Positions 37,584 to 38,464 of a stretch of DNA of 38,464 nt are shown in pieces. Position 1 is the stretch's first letter; each line of letters starts with the position of its first letter. The stretch comes from a virus. Its lineage: Duplodnaviria > Caudoviricetes. The position numbers and the translations under genes are program-made. The notes beneath the pieces are model-generated. The model saw only the letters and a list, made by a program, of their open reading frames with translations. It was not told where the DNA came from and ran no database searches. The stretch covers positions 1-38,464 of IMG/VR virus record IMGVR_UViG_3300033416_000019; one strand, 5' to 3'.

Positions 37584-38464
37584 GTTACTCATGTGACGGA
37601 TGTAACACCTGTTACATTGGTAACACCTAACTTACTTAGGGGTGTTACATTACTTACTTAGGGGTGTTACATTCGTCACACCTGGAGCTGGGGCTTTCGA
37701 TTCCTTTCGTTTCCTTTCGGATGCTTTCGGGGGCTTTCGATTTCGGGTTACGATTGAAGGGGGCAATAAGAGCAGTGGAGATGGTAGGGGATATGTAGTG
37801 GCGTATATAATGAAGGTGTCACGATGGGAAGATGGGAATTGTGTGGGGGTTAGACGCAGGCGCGGTCGAAGGTCTCACTCCCGATAGGGTATATCCCCTA
37901 CGCGCGCGCGCGTATGCGCGCGTGCACGCGCGACGCCGATTGTGAATATCTTCACGATCCTGATCTGAATGCTTGACTATGCGAAAAATGCATATATATG
38001 CGAGTGATTGTGATATATGTCACAATCCTATTCTGAATGCTTGACTATGCGAAAAATTGAGCCGGCTCCCTAAGTATCTTATGCTTCACATCGACGTCGA
38101 TCATCTCACGTCATCTCACGTCGACGTCGATCATCTCACGTCGATGCTACAGCACGTCGATGCTACAGCACGTCGACGTCGATCATCGATCATCGATCAT
38201 CGATCATCTCACGTCGAATCGTGTCATGACGCGCCGCGTCATGACGTGAAACCGTGGACACGCGCGACGTCATTTTGACCACGCATCACAATCTTATGCT
38301 TGCATTGCAAGCGTTTGCAATCAAACGCTTGCGCCTCCCGATTGTGACTTCCGTCACACAAATTTCGACTTATGTCGACTTGACATCATGAGTTATTCGC
38401 CTGCCGCAAAACCGCTGGCTATGCGAAAAAACGCCATTTTGTGTGACGGAAGTCACAGGTTTAT
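37584..38464. other. Non-coding repeat-rich control region (possible genome terminus, packaging site or origin)
   Basis: No credible ORF. Contains direct repeats, inverted repeats, 10-bp phased CTTTCG, a purine-pyrimidine tract and TGTGA-N6-TCACA boxes. Confidence 0.7.

Larger units (their letters stand above)
1..38464 (+). mobile_element. Tailed phage/prophage genome segment (siphovirus-like late region)
   Basis: Co-oriented packed ORFs in the order head-tail adaptor, head closure, terminator, tail tube, chaperones, tape measure, distal tail, hub, fibres, holin. No sheath gene, integrase or host housekeeping gene is visible in the window. Confidence 0.93.

Noticed and set aside
37214-38272. 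CRISPR array
   Set aside because: Repeats are short, tandem or shuffled, with no unique spacers of uniform length and no cas genes.
37642-38278. ORFs 37642-37887 and 38057-38278
   Set aside because: Translations simply mirror the DNA repeats, with weak starts and no RBS.

Overview
This window is a segment of a long-tailed (siphovirus-like) dsDNA phage or prophage. Nearly every credible gene is on the + strand, tightly packed, with overlapping stop/start codons. 1-7.5 kb is a sugar-modification cluster: four GT-A/GT2 glycosyltransferases, one GT-B/GT4, a sulfotransferase, an NDP-sugar epimerase, a SAM methyltransferase, and small nucleotide-handling, Zn-binding and DNA-binding proteins. 7.6-29.7 kb is the virion neck and tail module: adaptor, head closure, terminator, tail tube, chaperones with a -1 slippery site, tape measure, distal tail, hub, fibres and holin. 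The neck genes are interrupted by a 1021-aa protein carrying about 590 residues of (Ser-X)n repeat. It is followed by a methyltransferase and a three-domain enzyme whose first domain resembles mucin-initiating polypeptide GalNAc-transferases. 29.8-35.8 kb encodes a fibre-like protein with Trp-Ser-Tyr repeats and a host-like, membrane-anchored protein with a glycoside-hydrolase-like domain, a DNRLRE domain, a lamin-tail domain and Pro-Thr linkers, which weakly suggests a Chloroflexota host. The last 0.9 kb is non-coding and dense in phased repeats, palindromes and TGTGA-N6-TCACA boxes. The best candidate for an undescribed system is phage-encoded mucin-like O-glycosylation (plus methylation and sulfation) of its own Ser/Thr-rich virion proteins. 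A non-splicing-type Hint domain inside the tape measure protein is a second notable feature. All family assignments come from motifs recognised by eye; no database searches were run.
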